DNA from: Sedimentisphaerales bacterium
GTDB lineage: Bacteria; Planctomycetota; Phycisphaerae; Sedimentisphaerales; Anaerobacaceae
Direction: 5' to 3'
DNA: 64,000 nt
Assembly (NCBI GenBank): GCA_963708075.1
Contig: OY970194.1
Location: 5,344,001-5,408,000, forward strand
Part shown: positions 8,463-20,459 of the stretch, piece by piece
How positions within the stretch are numbered: the stretch's first letter is position 1
Layout: each line of letters begins with the position of its first letter
The notes under the pieces: model-generated
What the model was told of the DNA's origin: nothing
The model's database searches: none
The model's input: the letters and a program-made list of their open reading frames with translations, nothing else
Program-made: the position numbers and the translations under genes

Positions 8463-9815
8463 ATGGAACGACAGAACGATCAGAATACGTCGCGTCGGGA
8501 ATTTCTGACACAAGGGTCCAGAATTGTGGCGGGCTCCGTGCTGGCCGGGGCCGTGATGTCCCGGGCCTACGCGCGCGAGGACAATACGATCCGTATCGCG
8601 CTGGTCGGCTGCGGCGGGCGGGGCAGCGGAGCCGCCGGCAATGCCCTGTCCTCCAAGACCGGCCCGACGAAGCTGGTCGCCATGGCGGACCTGTATGAGA
8701 ATCGGCTGGCGAAATCGTACAAGGCTCTGAAGGAGCAGTTTGGCGAACAGATCGACGTGCCTCCGGAGCGACAATTCGTCGGTTTCGACGCTTATCGCAA
8801 CGTTGTCGATTCGCTGCGCCCGGGCGACGTGATGATTCAGGCGACGCACGCCGCCTTTCGGCCCACCCATGTCGCGTACGCCGTGGATAAGGGCATCAAC
8901 GTATTCATGGAAAAGTCGTTCGCGCCTGACCCGGGTGGGACAAAGGACATTCTCCGCATCGCTGAGATCGCCAAGAAAAAGAACCTCAAGATCGGCTGCG
9001 GCTTGATGTGCCGGCATTCCGCCTCGCGCCAGGCGCTGGTCAACAAGATCCGCGACGGGGCGATGGGCCAGATCCAACTGATCCGCGCCTACCGCATGGA
9101 TCCGGCGCGCGGATGGGCCCGTTCAAGGGCGGCCAGAGCGAGCTGCTCTGGCAGATTCGCCAGCCGTACTATTTCCTGTGGGTCTCCTCCGCCTGGTTCA
9201 TCGAGATGATGATCCACCAGGTCGATGAATGCTGCTGGATCAAGGACGCCTGGCCGGTCTCGGCGCAAGGCTCTCGGCGGCTGCGAGCCGCGAAGCACCG
9301 ATTGCAGCCAGAACCTGCATACCTACGCCATCGAGTACACGTTCCCCGACGGGACCAAGGCGATGGTCAACAGCCGCAACGAGTCGAATTGCCACAACGA
9401 GTTCGCCACGTGGGTCCACGGCACCAAGTGCGCCGCCCAGTTCTCGGGCAACGTCCACGCCCCGACCGTGCACACGTACAAGGACCAGCGATGCGATAAG
9501 GGCAACATCACCTGGCAGCCGGAGAACGAAAAGGTGAGCCCGTACCAGGCGGAGTGGGACGAGCTGCTGACCGCGATCCGCAAGGACCAGTCGTACAACG
9601 AGGCCGAGCGGGCCGCCTACGCGAACATGACCTCGATCATGGGCCGTGCCGCCATCCACATGGGCCGCATCATCACCTGGGACGAAATGATGGCCTCGAA
9701 TTTCCGCTTCTGCTCGACCGTGGCCGACTTCATTAAAGACAGCCCCGCCCCTGTCCAGGCCGACGCCGAAGGCCGCTACCCCGTCCCCCTCCCCGGCCCC
9801 TGGACGGAAGTCTAA
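8463..9815 (+). pseudogene. Tat-exported Gfo/Idh/MocA oxidoreductase, split by two frameshifts
   Basis: SRREFL Tat motif, IALVGCGGRG, FMEKSF; the protein-like sequence continues in another frame from about 9100 (GARMGPF...IHQVDECCW) and returns to the first frame at about 9270; in-frame TGA at 9207. Confidence 0.8.
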
Positions 9816-10364
9816 GAGTACGCGGCAGCGGGCGAGCGCAACTAAGATCATCTCGCGCAGAGACGCCGAGGTGCAGAGAACAGCAAGATGCCATCGCCCT
9901 CTCAGCTCTGCATCCCCGCGTCCCTGCGCAACACAGTCCGTGGAACGGGCTTCAGCCCATGTTGGACTCTGGCTCGGCTGCGGTGGGAGGGGGTGCAGTG
10001 CGGAGAATAGGGGGATTTCAGATCAGAGATTTCGGATTCCAGATTTCAGACCGCTCCCTGGCATTTTCCTGTTGCAATCGGTCTGGGCGGTGGTACAATA
10101 TGGCTGGCGTGGGCGGACCATGAGAACGCTATCATAATTGTATATCCGCCATCATACTTCAACGCTTCGATCATACCGGTCCCGCCTCCGCTGGGGTTCA
10201 TATACGAGTCAGGAGCAGGCCCTTCAAGGCCCGGTCTTGATTGCGCCGCGGGCGGCCGGGGCGTGCATGAGCCTCCAGACATATCACCGCGTCACGGGAA
10301 TAAAGGCATGCGGTGTGCCTTTGTGTGTTTTCATATTGTTTTCCTATATTTGGAGGGACCGAAC

Positions 10365-13016
10365 ATGGCATCATCAAAGAGTCACCAGCCAGTGCACGCC
10401 GCTCTCGCAATCATTTTAGTCTTGGGTTCCTGCGTGGCAGCATGGGCCGTCGAGTTCGCCGGCGGGACGGGCGAGCCGAACGATCCCTACCAGATCGCCA
10501 CGGCCGAGCAGCTCATCGCCATCAGCTCGGACCGGATGCTGTTCGACAGGCATTTCGTCCTGGTGGCGGACATCGACTTGGACCCCTGCCTGCCCGGCCG
10601 GAAGGTGTTTCAAGGGCCCCTCATGCAATGGACTGCGGGGAGACTCCGAGTAGCCCAGGACAGTGCGTTTCACGGGTCTTTCAACGGCGGCGGACATGTG
10701 ATCCGCAACGGCGTGTTCTACAGCGCGAGCGCCCCGTCATACGCAGGGTTCTTTTACAGTATCGCCCCGGAGGGCATCGTCCGCGACCTGCATTTTGAAG
10801 ACATAGTGATCGAGAGCCTGGCTGGTTTTGCTTCCAAAGCCTCCTGTGTCGGCATTCTTGCGGTGAACAACGAGGGAACCGTAGTCGGCTGTTCGGCCAC
10901 GGGTACGCTCACGGCTTATGCAGGAGGGGGCTTGATCGGCCGCAACGCTGGGCTTGTCTCAGGATGTCACAGCCGCTGTGACATGTTCGGCGAAGATATC
11001 GGCGGGTTGATAGGAATCAACGAAGCAACAGGTCGAGTGGTATTGTGCGAGTCGGATGGGGCTCTGTACGGCGGTGCGCAGGCAGGCGGCCTCGTCGCGA
11101 CGAACAAGGGCACGATCCAATATTGCACAACCGACGGCTACATGTTCGGCACTCGGGCCGGGGGACTGGTGGGCGACAACAGCGGCCAAGTCCGCGAGAG
11201 CTTCGCCATTGCCACGATGGTTATGAGCCCGTACGCCGGCGGCATCGCGTCCACCAATTCCGGCACGATTGTCAATTGCCATGCGGCGGGGCCCGTTTCC
11301 AATGCGTATTCCGACGGCCTAGTCGCCACCAATCGTGGCACCATCCTGTCGAGCTACAGCACGACAGCTTCTCAGTCCAACCCCAAGCTGGACCCCCCGC
11401 ATCTCAGGTCGCTCGGCCTGACCGGTCAGTCAGGCAGCGGTGACGCTGATTCGGCAGAACTGGCGGCTCTGAGCGACGTGACAGTCGCTGCTGTCGCCCA
11501 GGGGACCGTTCGATGCGTGTATTACCTGGACCCCCAGAAACCGCCGGGTCAGATGGCCAGTCCGTACTCCGGCTACGGAGTCGCCCTGTCCCCGGAGGAG
11601 ATGAAGCAGGCGTCCAGTCTCATGGGCTTTGACTTCTACGGCGACGCCAACGATGGCCCGGCGGGCCATTGGTTCATGCCCCCGGATGGCTACCCGGTCC
11701 TCACGTGGCAGACGCAGGTCACGGGCCTGGTCGGCGTGCCTGACTTGTCGGGTCTGAGCCCTGAGCAGGCCAGAATCGTGCTGGAGACAATGGGTCTTGA
11801 GATGAACGGTGTGACTTACGACTACGCCCGGCCCCCGGACGGCGGGACCACTTGGGACGTGGACATCAGGGGTCAGGTCGTCACAGCCGTGCCGGTCGGC
11901 TACCATCCCGCGGGCAGTCGGATTGGGGTCGTCGTCAGCTTGGGCAAATACGATTTCAGCAAGAACGCCGGTGACGGCAGCGAAGCGAATCCCTACCAGA
12001 TCGAGACCCCCGGCCAGCTTGACAGCCTCTACAACCAGACCATTCCCGCCGGCCGGCACTACATTCTGACGGCCGACATCGATATGAGCCGCTACGCTTA
12101 TGCAGGCTCCCTGATCCGTGAGTTCTCAGGCGAATTCAACGGCAATGGCCGCACGATCCGCGCCATACAGACCGGCGCTGCCTCTATTGTCTACGGCAAC
12201 GCCTTTGCGCCCTTTGGGCTATTCGGAAAGATAGCATCATCTGGCTTTGTACACGACCTCACGGTGTATGAGGCGCGCGCCGCTGGAGGGATTCTGGCTG
12301 GTGAGAATCTCGGGCAAGTGCTCCGGTGCAAAGCTGCCGGTCAGATCACCGGCGGCTATTCATCTGTCGGTGGACTGGTGGGCTACAACAACGCCAGCGG
12401 GCAGTTGACGGACTGCAGGTTCAGCGGCCGAATCCGGCCGGGCGGCAATAGCACCGACATCGGCGGACTCGTCGGCAACAACATGGGTGCCATCGTCCGG
12501 TGTTGCGCCTGCGATGTGGATATCTCAGGCGGCAGCTACGTGGGTGGGATGGTTGGTGAAAACGGCTATGCAACTGGTCTTATCGAAGCGTCTTACGCGA
12601 TAGGCACAGTGCAAGGCGTCGATTCCGTTGGAGGCCTTGTCGGACGAAACGGCATTCCTCCCGTGGTGATGAAGCGTCGCGCGATCCTGGCACAGGCGGA
12701 GACGACCATTCCAGTCGGCCCTTCGCCTAATGGCGTGGTCCGTGGTTGTTACGCCGCCTGCTCCGTGACAGGCCAGCAGAACATGGGCGGCCTCGTCGGG
12801 TCGGCTCCTGTCCCGGAGGCGATCCAAGAGTCGTCCTTCTTCCTCGATCCCAAAGATGGTGGCGGCCCGGACAATGGCCTCGGCACCGCGTTGACAGCTT
12901 CGCAGATGAAACAGCAGGCCAGCTTCACCGCCTGGGATTTCGTCGACACTTGGACGATCTGCGAAGGGATAGACTACCCTCGACTCAAATGGGAGAAGGC
13001 CGAATGCACCCAATAG
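10365..13016 (+). CDS. GLUG-repeat secreted/surface protein 1 with PASTA-like domain
   Basis: Signal peptide, FAGGTGEPNDPYQI, many GGLVGxN repeats, VPDLSGLSPEQA PASTA-like segment, C-terminal WDFxxxWTICEGxDYPRLxWE; GGAGG SD. Confidence 0.85.
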   Translation: MASSKSHQPVHAALAIILVLGSCVAAWAVEFAGGTGEPNDPYQIATAEQLIAISSDRMLFDRHFVLVADIDLDPCLPGRKVFQGPLMQWTAGRLRVAQDSAFHGSFNGGGHVIRNGVFYSASAPSYAGFFYSIAPEGIVRDLHFEDIVIESLAGFASKASCVGILAVNNEGTVVGCSATGTLTAYAGGGLIGRNAGLVSGCHSRCDMFGEDIGGLIGINEATGRVVLCESDGALYGGAQAGGLVATNKGTIQYCTTDGYMFGTRAGGLVGDNSGQVRESFAIATMVMSPYAGGIASTNSGTIVNCHAAGPVSNAYSDGLVATNRGTILSSYSTTASQSNPKLDPPHLRSLGLTGQSGSGDADSAELAALSDVTVAAVAQGTVRCVYYLDPQKPPGQMASPYSGYGVALSPEEMKQASSLMGFDFYGDANDGPAGHWFMPPDGYPVLTWQTQVTGLVGVPDLSGLSPEQARIVLETMGLEMNGVTYDYARPPDGGTTWDVDIRGQVVTAVPVGYHPAGSRIGVVVSLGKYDFSKNAGDGSEANPYQIETPGQLDSLYNQTIPAGRHYILTADIDMSRYAYAGSLIREFSGEFNGNGRTIRAIQTGAASIVYGNAFAPFGLFGKIASSGFVHDLTVYEARAAGGILAGENLGQVLRCKAAGQITGGYSSVGGLVGYNNASGQLTDCRFSGRIRPGGNSTDIGGLVGNNMGAIVRCCACDVDISGGSYVGGMVGENGYATGLIEASYAIGTVQGVDSVGGLVGRNGIPPVVMKRRAILAQAETTIPVGPSPNGVVRGCYAACSVTGQQNMGGLVGSAPVPEAIQESSFFLDPKDGGGPDNGLGTALTASQMKQQASFTAWDFVDTWTICEGIDYPRLKWEKAECTQ

Positions 13017-13194
13017 GCTCAAATAGATGAATTTGGCCTGAAACGAACGCGAGAATCATGCGTCACCATGAACAAAGGAGCGGAGCATCGTGGAAGAGTC
13101 ATTGAGTCCTTTAGAGACAACATGCACGTTGATTGCCACAGTCGCATGGGCGCTATCGGCGACGGCGTCGCAGCATACATTTGCGGGGGGACCG

Positions 13195-13311
13195 ATGCAG
13201 ACCGCCGCGCCTTTCCTCGCCGCCGGCTGGGACTTTGACACGATCTGGACGATCTGCGAGGGCAAGGACTATCCCCGGCTGCGGTGGGAAGGTGTCGAGT
13301 GTGGCGAGTAA
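13195..13311 (+). pseudogene. Orphan C-terminal remnant of a GLUG protein
   Basis: MQTAAPFLAAGWDFDTIWTICEGKDYPRLRWEGVECGE closely matches the C-terminus of gene 20460-22592. Confidence 0.8.
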
Positions 13312-16121
13312 CGGTTTGCTTGAATGCGTTCGAATTCTTGGAGGGCACGGAAATGGCACTGTCGAACAGGCATGCATGCGTGAGCATCGTTTGGATCGTT
13401 GCGATCCTGGGATTCTGCACGGCGGCGTCGGCCGTCGAGTTCGCCGGCGGGGACGGCACGATGGGTAATCCATATCAGATCACGACCGCCAAACAGCTCA
13501 TGGACATCGGAATGAACGCGCAGCTTCTCAAGCAGTGCTTCGTCTTGAACAATGACATTGACTTCAACAGTCATTACGGCCCCGAAGGTTACACCCGCCA
13601 GTCAGTGATCGCCCCACATCTGTTCGCGCCTGCCTTTGAGGGCTGGCTGGACGGCCGCGGGCACGTGATTCGCCATCTGCGCATCACCGCGGAGTACGGC
13701 AAAATCTTCGGCCTCTTTGGACAGGTGGGCGCCAAGGGGACGATTCTATCGCTGGGCGTCGAAGACAGCGCCATCGACGGGGCGGCAGATGGTGTCGGAC
13801 TGCTGGCCGGGTCCAGCTCCGGCACGATCATCGGCTGCTGGGCCAAGGGACAAATCAAGGGCAGGGCTGATGTCGGCCTGCTGGTCGGCCTGCAGCAAGG
13901 CGGCACGATCTCCTATGGGCACTCGGAGGGGAGCATAGACGGGCGGCAGGCCGTCGGCGGGCTCATCGGACGGGTGGCGGCGGGGGAGGTCCTGGAGTGC
14001 TCCTCAGACTGCCGCTATGAAAACGCGAAGGGACAGGTTTATGACTGCGGGGGATTGGTGGGCCGACTCGGGGCGGGCACGATTGAGAACAGCTTTGCCC
14101 GCGTGAGCTTGGCAGGGCCGCAAAGCAGCAAGGTGGGCGGGCTGGTCAGCCTCAACGAGGCGGGAGCGATTCGAGGGTGCCTCACGCTCGGAACGGTCCT
14201 GGGCTCGTCGTCGGCAGGTTTGGTCGAGACAAATAATGGCACGATCCGCTCCTGTTACTCGCTGTGCCGGGTGGAAGCGGACTATTCCGCCGCAGGGCTG
14301 GTCTGCAGCAATGGCGGGACGGTCATGATGTGCTATGCCGTCGGGGTGGTCAAGGCGCCCAGGGCGGGTGGCCTGATCGCGCAGGGCCACGGGGCCTTCC
14401 TGAGTTATTGGGATGCCGAGAAGAGCGGCGTGTCCACCAGCGCCGGGGGTTTCGGACGCACTACCGCGCAGATGCGCCAGGCGGCGACGTTCAGGGGTTG
14501 GGGACATGAGAGCGAATGGTTCCTGCCCGAGGGCGACACGCCTTGCCTGTGGTGGGAGCCATCCTGGGGCGCTGCACTGGTAGATTCGCCCACGCAGTTC
14601 TCCGGGGGCAATGGCACGGAGGACGATCCGTACCAGATTCAAACGGCCGCGGAGTTTGCCTCGCTGGCCTGGGACGCCGACCTGCTGGACAAGCACTTCG
14701 TGCTGACCCAGGACGTCAATCTCACAGGGCTTGGTTCCGACGAGTTGCTGCCGATCGGGGCGCGGGGCCTGTCGTTCTGCGGGGCTTTGGATGGGCGGGG
14801 CCATGTACTTTCCGGTCTTGTCTGCGATCTTTCCGTCAACTACGCAGGCCTGTTCGGTTGTGTGGGTACATCCCTGGAAGACCCAAATCGGGCTGGCCGC
14901 GTGACGCACCTGGTCCTGCGGGACGCTCAGGTCACCGGCGGCGACATAACGGGGGCCTTGGCCGCCTGCCTCGACGGCGGGCGCGTCGAGCGGTGTTCTG
15001 TCACAGGCAAGGTCCAGGGCTTCAGCACGGTTGGCGGGACGATCGGCGAGGTGACCTCCGGGGAGATTGTGGAGAACGCTTTTGAAGGTCGTGTCAGCGG
15101 GAACGACGGAGTGGGGGGATTGGTCGGCTCACATCAGGGAATCCTCAGGTCCTGTTATAGTGCCGGCGAGGTCACAGGCCACTCCGGGGTCGGAGGCCTG
15201 GTGGGCAGCTTGGGGAAGGCATCCGCCGGTCCATCCTGGCCGCTGATTGCCTTCTGCTATTCCGAAGCCCGGGTCCAAGGAGATTACAGCACCGGGGGTC
15301 TGCTGGGTTCTGCGGACCAGGCCGAGGTCTTTGCCTGTTATGCGTCGGGCAATGTTCACGGGCGCATGCCGGCCGGGGGACTGGCCGGCCGGGCCGATTG
15401 CATGGTGACCTGGGGCAACATCTGGGATCGCCAGAACGCCGGGATCAGCGACAGCGCATTCGGCGAATCGCAGACGACCGCGTCCATGAAGGACCCCAAG
15501 ACCTATATGGGATGGGAGTACGGCGGGCAGTGGACGCTCAAGCCGGGCACGGACTACCCGCGCCTGGCTTGGGAGGATCGGGCCGGCGCGCCATTGGTTG
15601 ATCCGGCACGTTCTTATGGCGGCGGTGAGGGCACGCGCTCCAATCCATACCTGATCAGTCAGGGCGAACACCTGGTGACCCTCAGCCGCCACCCGCAGGA
15701 CTTCGACAGGCATTTCCGCCTGACGAAAGATATCAACCTGCAAGAGACCGACGCGATTCTACCGCCCATCGGCACACTGTCGGCGCCCTTCACCGGCTCA
15801 TTCGACGGCAACTATCACACGCTGAAGAATCTCACGTATACGGACAGCACGGTCGCCTACGCCGGGTTGTTCCGATCCATTCAGCGAGCCCCGGACGCCG
15901 GCGCCACGTCCGGCCTGGTCAGCAATCTGCATCTGAAGAGTGCCTCGATCACGGCGGCGCAGTACGTCGGGGCGCTGGCGGCCCGCAATGACGGAGAAGT
16001 CCTTTTCTGCACGGTGTCCGAATCGACTATCACGGCTAACGAATATGCCGGCGGGCTGGTCGGGCACAACGGCGCGGACGGCGTCCTGCTGGCCTGTGAA
16101 TCGGGGGCCACCGTCATGCTA

Positions 16122-17267
16122 AGTAGGTAGCCAAAAGTCTTCACACAAAAGCCTTGAGCCAGAAATCCGCCGACAAGACACCGGCTTTGCGGAGGCCCTG
16201 GGTCGCAGTTAGTCCCAAGAGCCACTGTTCCGCGTAGGCCGCCTCATCATCAATCGTTTGGAACTGGCGATTGGCCGCAATCAACCGTTTCAACTCCTTC
16301 CAGAGATGATCCTGAGAGTTCAGTTCCGGGCACTGCTTCGGCAACCACAAGAGGGTCACCTCCAAGTGGGTGGCCAGTCGTTGGCTTTTGATCGCCTGAT
16401 GAAAAGAGGCCTTGTCCAGCAACAGCCAAATCGGGCGTCCGGGATACCGTCGCCGCAACTCCCGCAGGAAGGCTTGAAAGTCCTCTTGCCGCTGGCGGGG
16501 CCGACGCAGGACCACCCGGTGTCCGGTTCGTGGATTGATCGTGCCGAACAGAACCCGTTTGTCGTTTTGGCCCGTGATCTTGACCTGCGCCTGTTCGCCG
16601 CGAAACGCCCACACATAGCGCAAGGGCGGAAACCAGCGGAGGATGGTCGCATCCGAAAACAACAGCACCGCCAGCGCCGGCATCCGTTTCAGGCGGCGAA
16701 CCAGGCCCCCTTTTTCTGGGCTCGGTTCGGGTCCTTGGTCGCATAGACATACCGGGGACGTTTCCACCGCAGATCCAAGTCCCGCATCCGCCGCCGCAGG
16801 GTACGAGGCGAGATTGCACACCCGTACCTTTGCTGGAGGTGATCTGCCAGCAAGGACACCGTCCAACCCGTGGCGCGATAGCCCAAACGCATCGGGTCCC
16901 GGCGGAACTCGCGTACCAGACGGGCGTCCGTGATCGGCGTGGCGACCGGAGGCCGTCCGGAACGCGGTGCGTCCTGCAGGCGGTCTGGACAATGGGTGTG
17001 CAGATAGGCCCGCACCCAGCGATAGACGCTCCACGGCCGGGTCCCGGTGATCTGCGCTGCTTCCGGAACCGTCCGACCCTGGGCCACCAACAGGATCGCT
17101 CCGATACGCCGGTAGGTGCGAATGTCAGCGACCCCCTGTAAGGCCCGCGTAAGACGATGTTTATCATATCGATCGAAACCACGTTCTGAGGCGCTCTTCG
17201 TTCTTCGCATGTACCCCATCATACACGCGAAGAGAATCGTTCCTGTGAAAACTTTTGGCTACCTACT
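16122..17267 (-). mobile_element. IS630-family insertion sequence
   Basis: TIRs agtaggtagccaaaagtcttcaca / tgtgaaaacttttggctacctact; TA duplication (16120-21, 17268-69) at a CTAG site. Confidence 0.95.
16141..17210 (-). CDS. IS630 transposase (HTH orfA 16689-17210 plus DDE orfB, joined by a -1 frameshift)
   Basis: RSGRPP and WTVSLLA in orfA; FSDAT, LLDKASFH and PELNSQDHLW in orfB; A5G5 slippery run at 16706-16715. Confidence 0.88.
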
Positions 17268-18312
17268 TAGGTGGGGCAGTGCAATCAGATGGACATTTCC
17301 AGAATGCCGGCGGCCTGGTGGCCCTCAACGAGGGCGAACTCCTGCTGTGCTCGTCCTCGGGACAGGTCCGCGGCGGCAGGGACACTACGTCGAGCATGAA
17401 GCCAATGAGATCCTCGGTGAATCTGGGCGGCCTGGTGGGAGTCAACCGGGGCGCGGTCACCGGGTGCATGTCGACATCGGCGGTTTCGGGCTCCTCGAAC
17501 GTCGGGGGCCTGGTGGGCTTCAACGAGGGCGGCCGGCTCTATCGCTGTGGCGCGGTCACGAACGTGGACACGATCGACTGGGCCGGCGCCTTCGTGGCCG
17601 AGAGCGTGGGAGGAACGATCACAGGCTGTTTTGCACGGGGCAAAGTGAAAGGCACCAGCTTGGGCGGATTCATCGGGTCCAGCCGGGACGACGCTATCGA
17701 GTCCTGCTACTTCGAGGGGTCCGTCTCCGGTCGCAACCTGGCCGGATTCATAGGCGAGGCATACGGCCAGACCCGGCTGCGCGACTGCTATTGTGCAACC
17801 GAGATTCTTGGTGTGCCCTACTCCTACGCATTCGGCCGCTCCGTTATGCCGTCGGTGCAGGCATCGAACTGCTTCTGGGATAACACCGTCTTTCCGGACA
17901 GCCGCAATATGCAGAGCCTCCCCATGCCCGCAAAAGCAGGCGTAACCGGCCTGGACACGGAGTCCCTCCAGACCGGCCAGAAGCTCCGCGACGCCGGCTG
18001 GGATTTCGTCGGCACCTGGGTGCAGTGCGCCGGAGACCATCCCCGACTCTGGTGGGAAGAGATCGAGTGCGGCCAATAGACTGAGACCATTTACGGCGGA
18101 TTTTCCTTTGCAGGGCGAAACCGTCATGGTATAGTGACCTCTGCGAAGGTGGGCCACGGAAGTACCATCATAATTCATACGATTCGCTATCATACGCGCA
18201 TACACCATGTCATCATCGGCCGCCTTCGTGAGAGGGTTGGGTCGGCGCGTTGAGGGCACGGACGGGCCTTCGTCGGTTGTTGTTGTCTCATTCGGAGTTC
18301 GAGGGGATAGAC

Positions 18313-20190
18313 GTGGCATTACGGCGAAAAGACCATCCAGGCGAGGATCTTGCGATCACACGACTTGTTCTCTTTCTGCTCCTGGCTCTATGGAGCCCGG
18401 CCTCGGCTGTCGAATTCGGCGGCGGTACCGGCGAGCCGAACGACCCCTACCAGATCGCCACGGCCGACCAGCTCATCGCCGTCGGTTTGGACCCGAACCT
18501 GCCGCGAAAGCATTTCGTGCTGATCGCCGACATCGATCTGTCTGGAGTGACGCTGTCCGCCCCAGTCATTGCGGCCTTCTACGGCACATTCGACGGGAAC
18601 AACCACGCGATACGAAACCTGAGCATGACAGGCATAGACAACCAGGGCTTGTTCGGCGCTATCGTGGATGGCCGGGTTAAGAACCTCGGCCTGGTGAACG
18701 TGGATGTGGTGAGCGTGGGCAGCGCCGGCGCGCTGACCGCACGGAACAACGGCACGGTGCACAACTGCTACAGCGCTGGAAGCGTCGTCGGCATGGAATA
18801 TGCCGTTGGCGGGCTCGTAGGCTACAATGAGGGAACCGTGGCTGACTCCTACAGCGTGGCCCGTGTCATCGGCAGTCAGTGTGTCGGCGGCGTGGTGGGA
18901 GTCAATTATCGCATCGTGGCCGCCTGTCGCGGCACGGGCAGTGTCACAGGCAATACGACGGTTGGAGGGCTGGTGGGTGAGAACCGCTGCGCCATATCCG
19001 CCTGCTATTCAACCGCTGATGTAACGGGAGCGTCCGAAGTCGGCGGATTGGTGGGTTGGAACAGGAACCGCATCTCCGGCAGCTATTCAACCGGCAATGT
19101 CGAAGGAACCACCCGCGTTGGCGGGTTAGCGGGATACAACGTGGGCCGAATGGTTCCGTGCTACTCCACGGCAACCGTGACGGGACATTCCCACGAGTCG
19201 ACCGTGGGTAGCCTCGTCGGTGGAGGCTCCGGCCTCGCGGGACTCGAGAACTGCTACTTCCCTGCCCCCGCCGACGGCAGGTCGAACAATTGGATCGGCA
19301 CGCCCCTGACGACCGGGCAGATGATGCGTCAGAGCAGCTACATCGGCTGGACCTTCTGGCAGACCGGCCTGGACCGCAAGGATCTCTGGTGGATGCCGGC
19401 CGACGCCTTTCCAGTGCTCGCCTGGCAGACGGAGATCACCGGCTTGCGTCCGGTTCCGGATGTGGCGGGGCTGTCTGCCGATCAGGCCCGTGCGGTACTG
19501 GCGGCAGCCGGGTTTGTTCCGGGGGACACGACCTACGATTTCTGTCAGGCCCTTCCTGCCGGCTGCGTCATCCGTGCCGAGCCCCACTCCATCGCTCCCA
19601 CGGGCCGGACCATCGGCCTGGTCCTGAGCTCCGGCGGAACATACGATTGGACCACGAACCCCGGCGACGGAACCGCCGCCAATCCGTACCAGGTGCAGAC
19701 CGCCGGGCAACTCGAGTCTCTGGCCGACCACCCAGAGCTTTGGGACAAGTGCTTCGTTCTGACGACCGATCTCGAGATGGCGGGCAGAACCTACTCGCAG
19801 GCCCTGATCGCACCGGATATGGACGACATGAAGAGCGACTTTCAGGGCCCGGCCTTCACCGGCACATTCGACGGCCGGGGCCATGCGATCCGCAACCTGA
19901 CGATCCGCGCCGGCGGACGCGATTACATGGGTTTGTTCGGCATGATAGGATGGGCGGGCCGGGTCAGCAACCTCCACGGAGTGGACGCCGAGATAGCGGC
20001 AAGTGGACGGAGGAAATACCACGGCGTCCTGGCCGGCTATAGCAATGGAACTCTCACCGATTGCTCCGCTATGGGTGTCCTCGTCACAACATCCCTGAAC
20101 GACGGCAACGGCCTGACAGGCTCCGGTTTCGGCCGGCAGATCAACTGCCGTGCGGATATCGCCGTCTTGAAGTACTATGTCGGCCCTTGA
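18313..20190 (+). CDS. GLUG-repeat protein 3 with PASTA-like domain
   Basis: FGGGTGEPNDPYQI, dense VGGLVGxN repeats, VPDVAGLSADQA; lacks the terminal WDF motif. Confidence 0.85.
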   Translation: MALRRKDHPGEDLAITRLVLFLLLALWSPASAVEFGGGTGEPNDPYQIATADQLIAVGLDPNLPRKHFVLIADIDLSGVTLSAPVIAAFYGTFDGNNHAIRNLSMTGIDNQGLFGAIVDGRVKNLGLVNVDVVSVGSAGALTARNNGTVHNCYSAGSVVGMEYAVGGLVGYNEGTVADSYSVARVIGSQCVGGVVGVNYRIVAACRGTGSVTGNTTVGGLVGENRCAISACYSTADVTGASEVGGLVGWNRNRISGSYSTGNVEGTTRVGGLAGYNVGRMVPCYSTATVTGHSHESTVGSLVGGGSGLAGLENCYFPAPADGRSNNWIGTPLTTGQMMRQSSYIGWTFWQTGLDRKDLWWMPADAFPVLAWQTEITGLRPVPDVAGLSADQARAVLAAAGFVPGDTTYDFCQALPAGCVIRAEPHSIAPTGRTIGLVLSSGGTYDWTTNPGDGTAANPYQVQTAGQLESLADHPELWDKCFVLTTDLEMAGRTYSQALIAPDMDDMKSDFQGPAFTGTFDGRGHAIRNLTIRAGGRDYMGLFGMIGWAGRVSNLHGVDAEIAASGRRKYHGVLAGYSNGTLTDCSAMGVLVTTSLNDGNGLTGSGFGRQINCRADIAVLKYYVGP

Positions 20191-20459
20191 GCGACAGGAC
20201 GTCTCGTGAGGAGCGAGGGTGAATAGACCGGGACAATTTCGCGCGGATTTCCTTGAACAAGGTGGCGCGGTTGTGGTATAGTAATTTACGGCGAAGGTCG
20301 GCCACGAGAAGACCATTATACTTACACGATTCGTTATCATACTTGCATAAGCCATGTCATAACCGGCCGCCTTCGCGAGAGAGTTAGGTAGACGCGTTGA
20401 AGGCACACAGGTGCCTGCGTCGGCTATTATCGTCTCGGTCGGAATCTGCGAGGACGGAC

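Larger units (their letters stand above)
13353..18079 (+). pseudogene. GLUG-repeat protein 2, interrupted by IS630
   Basis: Removing 16122-17269 restores the frame (...ATVML-GGAVQSDGHF...); three GGxGTxxxPY modules and a C-terminal GWDF...PRLWWE. Confidence 0.9.

Noticed and set aside
10012..10050. GATTTCA-type heptamer run
   Set aside because: Short degenerate tandem repeat with no inverted partner nearby; no function can be supported
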